Positions 12,477 through 24,305 of a DNA stretch of 64,000 nt are shown one piece after another. A program made the position numbers and the translations under genes. The stretch covers positions 1 through 64,000 of the forward strand of contig ML002209.1 of assembly GCA_003614675.1 (NCBI GenBank), in the 5' to 3' direction. The number at the start of each line of letters is the position of its first letter. The first letter of the stretch is position 1. The notes under the pieces are model-generated. The model saw nothing but the letters and a program-made list of their open reading frames with translations, was not told the DNA's origin and searched no databases. This DNA comes from Dimargaris cristalligena. Taxonomy: Eukaryota.

Positions 12477-15400
12477 TTAGTTTAGGTTCGCCTTCCAAGC
12501 CTTATGCAAGGGCGCGGAAATGCGGGACAGGGTTGCGGCTATTTGGGTTTTGGTGTCCGAAGGGTTATTCACCTTATCCATGATGAACAGATCACTCAAG
12601 AAGCGGGCCAGCGTAAAATCAGAGCGCTTGCCATCGATTTGGTTCAAGGCACACAAGTCCCGAACCAAGCGGTCAATAGGCGGCTCACTGGTAGTCATAG
12701 TTGTGGTTGTCGTTGGCGGTGTAGTAGGGGTGACAATATTAACTGGTTTACATAGCGGAAACAGAGCGTGGTACATTTGCAGACTGATAGGCTGGCCATT
12801 TTGCTTGGCCAGGGCCATAACTCGCAGGGCCCCGCCGAGTTGGTGGCGTTTAGCGTATTCCAGGATTAGAGTAGAGTAGACCGAGTCATCGCACCAGACC
12901 TGGGCGTCGGCCATTTGGGCGAGCACCAGGGTTTCCACGGTGGGTGCGCTCGGTAGGCCCAGCGGGGGAGAGGACGAGGAGGAGGAGGAAGAAGAAGTAG
13001 GCATCATTTCGGGGGTGGTCGGTACGAGCACCGTTAACGTACCGTCCGCGTCGGTGATAACTTTTTGGCGCCGGTCGAATTCGGACCCGATGATCACCCG
13101 GAAGGTACTCTGGTCAAACGGAATAGGGGGATCCGCCCGCATGTGCTGTAACACTCGGCCAAACCCGGTCTCGTCGGACGCGAGTCGGTAGGCGTTTAGG
13201 CCGGCGTTGTAAAGAACCGTCAGGCTCGACCGGTGGGTGTGATCGATGGTGATCGATTCCGCGGTAAAAGAGAGGGGAGGAGTCTCCGTCGCGGCGGCGG
13301 TGGTAGGGGCGGCGGGGGATGGCGATTGTGGTTGGGCGCCCCGCATGTATTCGAAAAGCGCCACCCCGGTCGAAACCTCGCCCAGGTCGCAATAGAGCTT
13401 AATGATGAGACCACCCAGTTTCGCATCGATGCGGAGCTGCTGTTGCTGGCGCAATTCGGTCAACAGGACGTGGGCCCGGGTAGTTTGGCCCACCTGAGCG
13501 TACAAGTCCGCCAGATAAATCGAGTGAATCGGTTCCAGCGGTATGTTAAGGATGCGCATATCGCTGAGCAGACCCGCGAGTGCTTCTACCTGTTTGTAGA
13601 TGCGGCAGAAATTCAGCATGATGCCAAACGTATACAGGTCGGGGGATAGGTGATTGTTACGTTGGTGTTGAGAGGTCAGTTCATAGGTGGCCCAGACTTC
13701 GGTGGTGAGACCGGCCCGGACGAGGGCGTTCAGGAGGGAGTTCCAGGGGAAACCCGCGAAGGAGGAGTTCTGGATCGGTTTGTCGAGGTTGAAAATGTTG
13801 ATTGCGCGGTCGAAGAGGGCCCGCACCTGTTCGGTGTGACCCATCGCGGCGTAGGCCCGCGCTAGGTCGCCGTAGACCTGGTAACCGACGGTTTGCAATT
13901 TGGCGTTGGCCTGTTTTTCAATGGCGGCGGCTATGGCCGGGATCAGGGCAAAATAATGGTTATATAAGCAGCCGTGGAGCATCGACACCCACATGTTGGA
14001 CGAAGGGGTCACATGCTTCTGGATGAGGTAGCTGAGTAGCGCCCAGGCCTGTTGGGGTTCCTTTAGGTGGCCCAATGACCGGATGACCCGGTTGATTTCG
14101 GGGTTGCGGAGGTAAGGGAATAAGTTGTAGCGTTTGAGGATAGCCAGCCACCGGAGGGCCTGTTCCCGGTCGTTTTTGATGGAGTAGGCCCCGACGAGGT
14201 CGGTAGCGAGCTGGGGATCCAGGTAGGCTGCCGTGGTGGGGCCAGCCTGGTCAAGCTCGCAGGGGTCTTGGGGTTCAGGGATGCAGGCCTCTACGCAGGC
14301 GAGGAGGTCCCAGTTTTTGGTGGACACGGCCGTGGCTACGGCGGCGCCCAGCGCCCGACTGTCGACGGGGATTTGGTGCTGTACGGCGGTCTGCAGTACC
14401 TGTATCATTTCCTCGGGGGCCCGCATGGACCCGAGCACGGCTACCATCATGCCGATTGAGGCGGGGTCGTAGGGGGTACTGGGCTGTTGGGCTATTTTTC
14501 GGTACCAGGCCATGGCCTGCTCCCGGTCCCTCAACCGCCAGTAGGCCCGGGCCATACGGGCACATAGGTCCGGGTCCACCCCGGTCGTATGGTTGAGGTA
14601 GTTTTGGACCAGGGCGGCCGCCTGATCGACCCGTTGCTGACTTGATGATGGCGACGGGGGCTGGTTGGGTAGGGAAGCCTTATTTAAAGGGGACTTCGGG
14701 CCTGTAGCGTGGGACGGGTCACGATGGAATTCCTTGCGCGCCCCGCGCTGAGGGCCGCTCGAGCTAGTGGGCGGGGTCATGGTTAATAAATCAACCAGGG
14801 CACGTACCAATTTAAGGCTCGGAGTGGTGGTGGTGGTGGTGGCGGCGGTAGAGGTGCACATGGTACAGACGGACTGGGCAATGGTGGGACCTTCGGGGAG
14901 GCCTTGGTTATACATTTGCTGAAGAATCGTGATAAGGTGCAAAGGGTTGGGTGAGGCGCCCGATGCATTCATAATGGACATGATCCGCCAGACCTGAATG
15001 GGTTGTTGAATTAATATGAGGCCACGCTCGATATCATCCACGGCGGGGCGGGCGGCCTCGAATTTCGGAAGATCCAGGACTCGCCAACTTGATTCGGTGA
15101 GGGAAAGCTGGGGGGCTGCGGCCGGGGGGATAGGGGTCGAAGTCTGATCCGGAGCCGGTGCTGGGGCGGTGACGGCAGCCGTGGAGTTCGGCGGCAGGCG
15201 GCACTGGATAACGATCCGCTCCCACCAGTCGGAACATACCTCTTGGATCCGCTGGGTCAACAGGTTACGCTGGGTATCGGGGGCATTTAATGATCCCGGT
15301 GACTGGCGCGAACCCCCCCGGAGTGATGGTAAATCGGCGGCGTATTTCAGCGATGATACTGGTTTGTCATTTTGGACCGACAGCAGCCGATATGTGGTGA

Positions 15401-15782
15401 TAAGCCGGTCTAGCAGAGTGGAGTAGTGGGCCGAGTCCACCAATTCCCACTGACCCGTACGACGAAACTCCGAGTAAAACTGATAGACGCGATCGAGTGG
15501 CATACTGGCGTCGTCGCAGGCGGCGGTGAAAAGCCGGGCGGCCGTGGCAGCGTCAGTGCGGTTGGACGGCGGAGTCGGGCGAGAAGCATGGGACTGGCTA
15601 GGCTTTGATGGGTGCGAAGTGTAGTGGCGGTGAGCAACAACGGTGGCCGTGGTGGGTAATTGGACCAGAGAGGCGGTCAGCTGGTGGACATTTAACGGTG
15701 CCAATCCATGGGGTCGGGCCTGTTTGGTGACGACGGGGTACAGCTGGCGGGAAGCCAACCGCTGCGAAGCGCGGGATAGCAT
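12477..15782 (-). CDS. Pentatricopeptide-repeat (PPR) protein, probably mitochondrial, 1101 aa
   Basis: Arg/Ser-rich, acid-free presequence (MLSRASQRLASRQL...); ~35-aa helical repeats such as WNSLLNALVRAGLTTEVWATY...PDLYTFGIMLNFC and VYSTLILEYAKRHQLGGALRVMALAKQNGQPISLQMYHALF. Confidence 0.85.
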   Translation of the reverse strand: MLSRASQRLASRQLYPVVTKQARPHGLAPLNVHQLTASLVQLPTTATVVAHRHYTSHPSKPSQSHASRPTPPSNRTDAATAARLFTAACDDASMPLDRVYQFYSEFRRTGQWELVDSAHYSTLLDRLITTYRLLSVQNDKPVSSLKYAADLPSLRGGSRQSPGSLNAPDTQRNLLTQRIQEVCSDWWERIVIQCRLPPNSTAAVTAPAPAPDQTSTPIPPAAAPQLSLTESSWRVLDLPKFEAARPAVDDIERGLILIQQPIQVWRIMSIMNASGASPNPLHLITILQQMYNQGLPEGPTIAQSVCTMCTSTAATTTTTTPSLKLVRALVDLLTMTPPTSSSGPQRGARKEFHRDPSHATGPKSPLNKASLPNQPPSPSSSQQRVDQAAALVQNYLNHTTGVDPDLCARMARAYWRLRDREQAMAWYRKIAQQPSTPYDPASIGMMVAVLGSMRAPEEMIQVLQTAVQHQIPVDSRALGAAVATAVSTKNWDLLACVEACIPEPQDPCELDQAGPTTAAYLDPQLATDLVGAYSIKNDREQALRWLAILKRYNLFPYLRNPEINRVIRSLGHLKEPQQAWALLSYLIQKHVTPSSNMWVSMLHGCLYNHYFALIPAIAAAIEKQANAKLQTVGYQVYGDLARAYAAMGHTEQVRALFDRAINIFNLDKPIQNSSFAGFPWNSLLNALVRAGLTTEVWATYELTSQHQRNNHLSPDLYTFGIMLNFCRIYKQVEALAGLLSDMRILNIPLEPIHSIYLADLYAQVGQTTRAHVLLTELRQQQQLRIDAKLGGLIIKLYCDLGEVSTGVALFEYMRGAQPQSPSPAAPTTAAATETPPLSFTAESITIDHTHRSSLTVLYNAGLNAYRLASDETGFGRVLQHMRADPPIPFDQSTFRVIIGSEFDRRQKVITDADGTLTVLVPTTPEMMPTSSSSSSSSSPPLGLPSAPTVETLVLAQMADAQVWCDDSVYSTLILEYAKRHQLGGALRVMALAKQNGQPISLQMYHALFPLCKPVNIVTPTTPPTTTTTMTTSEPPIDRLVRDLCALNQIDGKRSDFTLARFLSDLFIMDKVNNPSDTKTQIAATLSRISAPLHKAWKANLN

Positions 15783-16332
15783 GGTCGAGGAAGGGGGGAG
15801 TAGGAGGGGCAGAAGACAACGAAAACTAGTGATTAAGCGAAGTACGGGACTGACAAGCTAGTTGTCTGGATCGTCGACAAACACTCATTGGTCCTTCGTC
15901 AAGGCCATTAGGAGCTCCGTCCCCACCATTAATTATGATGTGTACTTAATGGGGGAAGCTAGGGCTAATTTAGCATAGACGGAGGGGTATTTAGAGATCC
16001 AATCAAGTCAGCTGACCTTATTGCTGGTCTGTGCCTTACTGGCTATATAAGAAAAAAAAGGAAATATATGCCAAGCGAAACATAGGTAAAAGTATCCCAA
16101 AGCCTAAGTCGAAGCTGTCTACGAAGGGAGCGGCATGCAAAGTACTTTTTGAAAGAACTTCCTGTGGTCTACCACAGCACAGCCTCATTACTCTCATCGT
16201 TCCATTAAGAATTGAGTTGGCCTCCTTCATTCACTGTTTCTGGTATATATCCTTCATTCAGGGCCCTCGCCACTGCTATCTGCCTTTCCGTATACTCGAG
16301 TTTTTTCCTTCGTCGTCCTCTATTCTAGCAAC

Positions 16333-17658
16333 ATGGTAAGATCTACCTTCAAAACCCTCAATGAGTCTTCGATCACCGTCTATACGCCCTAATTATCAGC
16401 GGCCGTCCCAGTCACTAACCCTAACATACTAGCTCTTGCTTGAACCCTGTGCTTCCACCTATTCTTCCTCGGGCCACTACACATATTATGAACGACAGGG
16501 TAAAGCTGCTCGCAAGACTCGCAATGCCGCCACGGCCAAGCGCATGATGTCGCTGGAAAACCCCAAGCTGTAAGTAGCTGGTACTGTCATTTCTGTTAGT
16601 ATGCTCGTTTGCGGAATGCGACTATCCCGCACCCCCCTGCCAATTGTATTATAAACCGAACGCTTCTAACCTATTTTTGCATGTTGGGTATACGTCTGAT
16701 TACATCGGTTTCACGACTTTGGCGCTACAGGAAAGCCAACGTTAAAAAAACCCAGGCCGCGAAAGAAAAAGAGGAGAAGTCCAGAGTTAACCATGTGTAA
16801 GTTTTACCGATTGTGCACTATTAACATTGCCTCATGGTATACACAATTCCTTTATTCGGTAGCGCCAATGTCGTATATATATATATATATATATTCGTCA
16901 TCGAGGTCCGTCGAGGGTCCCCATTTCCCGACAACTAACTGAAAACCTCGAGTATATAATGCATTCATTTCATTTTTTACCCGTCCACAGCACTCAAGTG
17001 GCCTCCTCCATGTACTTCAAGTACAACACCGCCCTAGGCCCCCCCTATCACATCATTATCGATACCAATTTCATCAATTTTTCCATCCAAAACAAACTCG
17101 AGATGGTAAAATGCATGATGGACTGTCTCTATGCCAAATGTAAGTGATTCATGATTTCCCAGCCTCAGCTCGCTGCTCATACCCAACCTTCCTCGTAGTA
17201 CCCATACTATGCTTATTTGGTATTTATCACACCTAGATCCAGACCCGACCCTTCTATTTTCTATTACATCGATCCGAACTAACCCAATCTACCCTATGCT
17301 GGTTCCCACTGCTTTATGTGTATTATGACTACTTCCGGTGCCCCGGTGTTTAGGCATTCCTTGCGTAACTGACTGCGTCATTGCCGAATTGGAGAAACTC
17401 GGCCCCAAATACCGCATCGCTCTCCAGATTGCCCGGGATCCCCGTTTCGAACGACTTCCCTGCACCCACAGCGGTACTTACGCCGATGACTGCATTGTCC
17501 GCCGTGTCACCCAGCATAACTGCTACATTGTCGCTACCTGTGATCGGGAATTGAAATCACGTATCCGGAAAATTCCCGGTATCCCTATTATGTACATTGC
17601 CAAGCACCGGTTCACGATTGAGCGCCTGCCCGAGGCTTATGGCGCGCCGAGGATATAA
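16333..17658 (+). CDS. FCF1: PIN-domain rRNA-processing nuclease Fcf1/Utp24, 197 aa
   Basis: Exons 16333-16335, 16499-16569, 16731-16796, 16991-17139, 17354-17658 (594 nt, all GT-AG); motifs [51 protein letters not shown]. Confidence 0.97.
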
Positions 17659-18503
17659 TTACTCCGAAATATTGGATGGCCAACCTTCCTTTTTTTATTA
17701 TATTTTAGCCTTCCCATTCAAGCCCATGCCAATTTAAGGGGCATATATACGCCTTTTCTAGTGTAGGGGGCATTATTATGAATGAGTGACTTCGTTAACC
17801 CAAGGCCAGTCTAGCGTCAAAGCAATATTCAATAAATTTATCTGCTATTCGTAGATCGGTGGGCTTAACGATGATGTATGCCCTTTTGGAATACGGCATA
17901 TAAGGGTATAGACAATGTACATCATACAGCTGTGTTCATAGTGTTAATCTTGCCACCTATAGGGAGCCCTTTCGTTTAAAGCCGGATGGGTGCGCTTGGG
18001 GCATGTACGTCAGATAATATAATAGATGTTACGCTGAGTGGGTTATACTAAGAGCCGCCAAGGCAGGAAAATCCATAGAAGCCCCTACTATCTCTCCGTG
18101 GGGACCCTTCCCAAGTTTAGAGAATGTTATAGCAAGCCTCCAAATCATCGATGCTCCAACCCACCTCCGTATGATGCCCCTACTATGACAGTAGCTACGT
18201 CCTAGTAGGGGAAGATCAAGAAAATAGCGGTGGGAGGGGGGGTTTCAGATATGGTAGCCACCCTCCCTTTTGGCATAATTCCGACGGCAAACAGGGGGGG
18301 ATATAGATAAGGAAGGGAGAGATAGGGGGGACTTGTTTTAGCCAGGTACTTTTGCCCTGCCCTACCCTGCCCCTCTTCCGCCCCACCCATCTCCCCTTGG
18401 TTTTAGCAACCTTGCCCAAGTACATAAGTCGCCCACCCTCCCTTCCCTTCTTACTCGTTTCCCCAGTTCTAACCCATCAACCCACTCCATTACCTACACC
18501 ACC

Positions 18504-19271
18504 ATGCCCCGCACTGTCTACGCATTCCCTTCCACGGAGACTCTGGCCGCGAACCTCCGCGACCAGCTCCTACGGGCCCAGGACGAAGCCCTAGCCAAGC
18601 ACGACCGGTTCACCGTGGCCCTTTCGGGCGGTTCGCTCCCTCAGACGCTGGCCCAGGGTCTCCTGGCGCACCCCGAGTCCTTCCAATGGGACAAATGGCA
18701 CATCTTCTACGCCGACGAACGCTGCGTCCCGCTGGACCACGCCGATTCCAACCACCGGCTGGCCCGGGAGGCCTTCCTCGACCGGGTACCGATTCCCACG
18801 AGCCAAATTCACCCCATCAACCCCGACCTGGTGGACCAGCCCGCCGCTGCCGCTGAAGACTACCAACACCAGCTGATGCGGGTCTTCGCCTTAAAAGGCG
18901 CCGCCGTGCGCTTCCCCGTGTTCGACGTGATTCTTTTGGGCATGGGTCCCGATGGCCATACCTGCTCGCTGTTCCCCAACCACCCCCTGCTGGACGAAGA
19001 CGAAAAATGGGTCAGCTACTTGACCGACTCCCCCAAACCCCCGCCGACCCGGATTACCCTCACCTACCCGGTGGTGAACCACGCCCACACTGTCATTTTC
19101 GTCGCTACCGGGGCCAGTAAACAACCCGTGCTCGAACGGATCCTGGATCGTAACGAGCCCCTGCCCGCCGGACGCGTCAACCCCATCCACGGCCATTTAT
19201 ACTGGTACTTGGATGATGCTGCCACCGCTACGTTGACCCAAACTACCATTGATCGACCATCGGTCATCTAA
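18504..19271 (+). CDS. PGLS: 6-phosphogluconolactonase (Sol/PGLS family), 255 aa
   Basis: Motifs ALSGGSLP, FYADERCVPLDHADSN, DVILLGMGPDGHTCSLFP, DSPKPPPTRITLT. Confidence 0.97.
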   Translation: MPRTVYAFPSTETLAANLRDQLLRAQDEALAKHDRFTVALSGGSLPQTLAQGLLAHPESFQWDKWHIFYADERCVPLDHADSNHRLAREAFLDRVPIPTSQIHPINPDLVDQPAAAAEDYQHQLMRVFALKGAAVRFPVFDVILLGMGPDGHTCSLFPNHPLLDEDEKWVSYLTDSPKPPPTRITLTYPVVNHAHTVIFVATGASKQPVLERILDRNEPLPAGRVNPIHGHLYWYLDDAATATLTQTTIDRPSVI

Positions 19272-19631
19272 CTCAATGAACCTGGTGGAGGGATGGGGGG
19301 AATGGCCCATTAGTATTATTTCAGCCAGCCTAGGCTATCGGCTCATATTTGATACTATGAATTACTGACTGGTGATGATTGATCCCACGATTACATCGAT
19401 CTTTTCTCGCCTTTAGTAAACAGATTCAAGATTTGTAGTTGTCATTAATAAACTCGAATGGGGCCCCCATTAGGGAAATAATTGGGGTCTAATCAGAACT
19501 ATACAACGGTGGAAGGGCTATATCCGGTGACTGCGAACTGATTGATTCATCGATATCCTCAGCAACATCCCCCCCCCTCCCGTGTAGCGGAAATACTCGG
19601 GCGTTCTTAAAAATGATATCTACATTCCCAT

Positions 19632-20604
19632 TCAATCATCGCCACGCCCACCACGGCGGTTTTGCTTGACCCCGGACCGTCTCATCTTTTGTTTTTTAAG
19701 GTTTTCCTTGGAAAGCTCGTGGCGCTTTTGGAGACGGTCGATGGCCTCCTCGGCTGGGTCTGGGGGAATGTAGGCGGCTTGCCGAACCATCTCCCACAAT
19801 TTCTGTCGACAGTCCTCAATATTCTTCCGCTGGGTCCGGTGGCGCTCGGAAGTGACAATAAATTCGCCCTGTTGGTTGAGACGGTTGGTCTCCTGGTGCG
19901 ATCAAGGCCGAAAAAGCATTTATAGACCAGTACTAAATCCCATTAGAACTATGCTGGTAAATGGGGCTTAATAGGTTCTAAACAATAACAATTTGAAGTC
20001 AAGCCTTCACAGTTGAGCGGCAAAGACCTACCTGTTGCCGTAGTTGTCGTTTTACAAAATCGGGGATCCACATAGCCTTCGCCAGTTTGAAGCGCATATC
20101 CACCTTGGTGTTTACTGTCATCAGGGTCGGTAAGCAATGATCAAGACAGTCATGGTGTTTATGTGGTGTTAGTTGAGGCGTGCCTATCTTTTTGGTGAGC
20201 TGGACTGGCGAGACTATTCTGGACTAGGCCCCTCTCACACATAATAAAATCCTGGTTCGGTTGCATCATCCAGAGGCGACCCGTCAATAGAAATTTTAGT
20301 CGCTTTCAAGTGCATTTTATACGCCTAAAACACTAGACTATTACGTACCTTTATTGACATTCTGGCCCCCGGGCCCACTGCTCCGGTGGAACGAATACTC
20401 AATACCCTTGGAGGGTATGTCCTCGAGCCGAAAAGTCTCTTGCCAGTTGCGTATAGTCTGAACTTCTTCAGGTTCGAGGCCTAATCGCTCACTTTGGGTT
20501 GGAATATGGAAGAAGCAAAGGGCGGCATTGGGGCGAAGAGGCTCGCTACGGAGGCCGGGCCGTATGGACCCCAGTGGGGTAAGTCGCAAATGACGGATAA
20601 CCAT
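19632..20604 (-). CDS. ICT1: Mitochondrial codon-independent peptidyl-tRNA hydrolase (ICT1/Pth4/ArfB family), 199 aa
   Basis: Exons 20604-20349, 20114-20032, 19892-19632 (600 nt); RSSGPGGQNVNK|VNTKVDMRF, TSERHRTQRKNIEDC, basic C-terminal tail; targeting-peptide-like N-terminus. Confidence 0.93.
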
Positions 20605-20727
20605 AGTGGGGTTTAATAAATAAAAAGATATTATGATTCTACGGAGAGGGGTGTGCTTAGCAAGCCAGACAAGGGAATCTCAAACCCGGTTGTTGAAAAC
20701 CCTGCGCCTACCAAACTAGGAGTTGCT

Positions 20728-20741
20728 AGCTTATATAAGCT
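20728..20741. promoter_or_regulatory. Perfect palindrome AGCTTATATAAGCT (TATA box on both strands) in the divergent ICT1/CLPTM1 promoter
   Basis: 14-bp self-complementary sequence ~125 bp from the ICT1 ATG and ~360 bp from the CLPTM1 ATG. Confidence 0.45.
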
Positions 20742-21099
20742 GGAATTAGAGTTATTTTAGGGACGAATACGGCGCACGCATATGCTCCATGGTTGAGAGT
20801 GCCCATACAGCCACGGTACAGCAGAATCGCCAACTGAACAGGCTGTGAAATCCCAGTCAATAACGAAATAACGAATATATACCAGTGGGTCGCTCAACGC
20901 ATTGTCATAACAATCCCTTATTGGGCAAACCTGGCGAAAGACTTGGTCCCTTTTAGTTCCACTCAACTTGTGTATCCTTTAGTTTCACCCATTCCTTTGG
21001 TTTATTTCAGTTATTCGGCTGTACTTTGTTTTATAATTTGCGTTTCCCGCCCTTTTTACTTCGCACCTTAGTCTACACCCGTCGGTAAGCCAAGGCCAC

Positions 21100-23160
21100 A
21101 TGGCAGGGACCGATGTCACCACCCAGGACCGCCCAGCGGGCGACGCAGCACCGGCCACCGACGAGCCCAGCAACCCCTGGGGGTTCGTCCAGACTATTGC
21201 GCGCTACGTCCTCATTTACATGGCCATTCAGTATGTCACTGGGCGCTTTTTTAAGCCCAGTCCACCACCCTCCTCCGCCCCACTGAGCAATAACCCCTTA
21301 GCCCCCACCGACCCAAACCCATCCTCTCTTCTACCACCGGGCGCAACAGGAGCGGCTGGGGCGCCGCCTCCTCTAACCCCCCTGGCGGCCCCCCTCTGGC
21401 CCATGGGCACCCCGTTTTCGATTCGCATTATGCTAGCAGAGGACCAGACCCTGGAGCTTACGCGGGCCGACCTCCCCATCCCTATCTGGTCCCGCACTAA
21501 CTTGACCGTCGGGGACTGGGGCGTCGATATCCAGTCGACCGTGGAAGTGGCGTTGCCCGAGAATGTCCAGCATAACGGAAGTTATTACGCTCATATTGTG
21601 CTGGACCGACTGGTGGAGGCATCGTCTGAAGCGACATGGGATCCGGCCCTGGACCGGGTGTACCTGCAGCAGCCCCTCAACAAATACTTGACCGCGAATA
21701 CCCAGGCTAAGACGCGCAATCTGCTGACCGGTAATGCCGAATCGGCAAAAATTGAACCCGACGAAAAGCCAACCGAGGCGAACGCCCCGGCATCCGTCAC
21801 CCAGTCGCATTGGTACGGCAATCTCACCCTGAATATGCTTACGGAGGCCAAACCCATCCCTTACCAGCAGCTGCCGGCCGTTATCCAACGGCACATTACG
21901 CTGGAGCCCACCGGTCGACTGGACCCCGTCACCCGCCAACGCCTTTATCAACCCCTGGTCTACCCTAACCATTTCTGGATTTTGGAATCCAGCATGGTGG
22001 CCATTAATACCACGACCCCCACCCTGCCCCTCCATATTCACTTTTACCCTATTTCGATGTTCAAGCTCCAGTTCTATACCTCCATGGAGGACCAAATGTC
22101 CCGTCAGGCGTCCATGATGGGCACACCGGGCTCCCATTTCGACGAGTTCAAGCGGATGTTGGTCGAAACCAACCCCTGGCTCCTGGGCTTTACGGCGCTG
22201 GCCACCCTGCTCCACAGTTTATTCGATTTCCTGGCCTTCAAGAATGACATTTCCTTTTGGAAAAACAAGAAAGGCGCGGCGGGTATATCGGTCCGAACCA
22301 TTCTGGCGAATATCGCCTCCCAGGCGATTGTGTTCCTGTATCTGTTGGATAATTCCAAATCAACGAGCTGGATGATTCTAATGAGTCAGGGTGTGGGACT
22401 GGCCATTGAGGTTTGGAAGGTCAAAAAGGCCATTGATGCCAGATGGGTCCCCGTGGCCCCGGCCTCAACTCCCACCACTACCACCACCACCACTGATATC
22501 ACCGAACCGGCTGGGGAAAAGGTCTCATCATCACCGTCATCAACGGAAGCTCCCCGGCGCGTATGGCTGACCGTGGGCGGTCACCAACTTACCGTTAAAG
22601 GAACTGGTGACCAAACCGATGTCGAATCCCAAACCGACGAATACGACCAAATGGCCTACCACTACCTCTCGTTCCTCGCCTACCCTCTCCTTTTCGGCTA
22701 CGCGCTCTACAGTCTCTACTACGAGGAATACAAGTCATGGTACTCCTTTATTTTAAACACGCTCGTAGGGTATGTCTATGCGTTCGGGTTCATCACCATG
22801 ACCCCCCAATTATTCATCAACTACAAATTGAAGTCGGTGGCCCATATGCCCTGGCGGACCCTCATGTACAAATCGCTCAATACGTTCGTGGACGATTTGT
22901 TCGCGTTCATTATCACGATGCCCACGTTGCACCGGTTGGCCTGTTTGCGGGACGATGTGGTGTTCGTGGTGTATATTTACCAGAAATGGATTTACCCCAT
23001 GGACCCGAACCGGCCCAACGAGTTCGGTCAGGTCGCTAATCCAGCGGCGGCGGAGGTGGAAGCAGCGACTAACCCTGGGAAGGAGGGCGGCCAGGGTAAG
23101 GAAAAACGCAAAAAGAAAAAGGCGGCGAAGGCGGCCCCCGAGGACAAGAAAACCCAATAA
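21100..23160 (+). CDS. CLPTM1: CLPTM1-family ER membrane protein (putative lipid scramblase), 686 aa
   Basis: ETNPWLLGFT, LHSLFDFLAFKNDISFWK, GFITMTPQLFINYKLKSVAHMPW, KSLNTFVDDLFAFIITMPTLHRLACLRDD, NEFGQ; C-terminal KKxx. Confidence 0.95.
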   Translation: MAGTDVTTQDRPAGDAAPATDEPSNPWGFVQTIARYVLIYMAIQYVTGRFFKPSPPPSSAPLSNNPLAPTDPNPSSLLPPGATGAAGAPPPLTPLAAPLWPMGTPFSIRIMLAEDQTLELTRADLPIPIWSRTNLTVGDWGVDIQSTVEVALPENVQHNGSYYAHIVLDRLVEASSEATWDPALDRVYLQQPLNKYLTANTQAKTRNLLTGNAESAKIEPDEKPTEANAPASVTQSHWYGNLTLNMLTEAKPIPYQQLPAVIQRHITLEPTGRLDPVTRQRLYQPLVYPNHFWILESSMVAINTTTPTLPLHIHFYPISMFKLQFYTSMEDQMSRQASMMGTPGSHFDEFKRMLVETNPWLLGFTALATLLHSLFDFLAFKNDISFWKNKKGAAGISVRTILANIASQAIVFLYLLDNSKSTSWMILMSQGVGLAIEVWKVKKAIDARWVPVAPASTPTTTTTTTDITEPAGEKVSSSPSSTEAPRRVWLTVGGHQLTVKGTGDQTDVESQTDEYDQMAYHYLSFLAYPLLFGYALYSLYYEEYKSWYSFILNTLVGYVYAFGFITMTPQLFINYKLKSVAHMPWRTLMYKSLNTFVDDLFAFIITMPTLHRLACLRDDVVFVVYIYQKWIYPMDPNRPNEFGQVANPAAAEVEAATNPGKEGGQGKEKRKKKKAAKAAPEDKKTQ

Positions 23161-23403
23161 TCGCGAGAGTAGCATAGTATGGTGCACACCATTGTGTAAT
23201 ATCCCTTTTAAAAAAATAACCACCACTATTGGCTACTGCTGCTATATATACTGTGTATTAGATTGATTAAAGGTGTTTTATGAGTTTCTTGTGTCGTTCC
23301 ATACTAGTCCCTTTGTCAAGTACGGGCAATACCCAAATCAGGTTTATTGTCGCATACCTCTTGCCTTTTACTGATCGCCAGTCATTGACATGTTGACCAG
23401 TGA

Positions 23404-23437
<34 letters not shown>

Positions 23438-23533
23438 GGTGGACTATGTGAATATGGAGGCGCCTTTTTTATATTAAATAACATAACCAAGCATGCGGTA
23501 TCGACCAACAGCACCCAGATCCCAGCTACTTAA

Positions 23534-24259
23534 TTAGTACAACGCGACCTGGAGAGTGTTCTTCATAATATTGGGAAAGAAACATTCCCGGAAAAGGGTA
23601 AATAAGTCCTCGAAGCACCCGGGCATATCCACAACCATGCGGTCTTTGGCATCGCGGAAGCAATCGATGATGACTAGCTCAACGCGGTCCATTTTCAGCG
23701 CGCCTATCGGACCAGAGTGGTAGATAAACCAAGTGATTTGCGCACACATCCAGCATTGGTGGTGTATAATATATATGTATATGTATGAAAAAAATTAAAA
23801 AGGGAAAGCATGGTTAAGCCATATTAGAGCGATTAGGAAGCCATTATACTAGTAGTAGTTGGAATTAGGACCCCTCAATTTGGATACCAGATGCATCTTA
23901 AAGCATGTAGGGGTCCTTTTAACATAAACCGCTGGGAAAACCTACCCTTATTTTCGGTTAATTTGAGCATCCGAGTTGGGGTACCAATCGCGAAATCGAC
24001 TTGACCCTTCTTCAAAAAAGCAGCCTGTTCGGCGACCTTTACTTTGCGGGCATGCAGACTGGCCACCTGCCTAACCGAAGTGGCTTTTTGGACATGTCTT
24101 GATAAGTAAATCGAGTTGAGGTCAATTATTATTATTATTAATTTTTAAAAAAAGAATAAAAAATACATAATGATAATAAAACAAACAAATAAATAGATTA
24201 GTCTTGCATCCAATACGGACCAATAGCCGGATACAGTAACTTGTATTTAGGGTTAGCGA

Positions 24260-24305
<46 letters not shown>

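Noticed and set aside
21433-22215. 260-aa minus-strand ORF
   Set aside because: Antisense shadow of CLPTM1; the same applies to ORFs overlapping PPR, PGLS, APL1, VPS52 and the RGS gene
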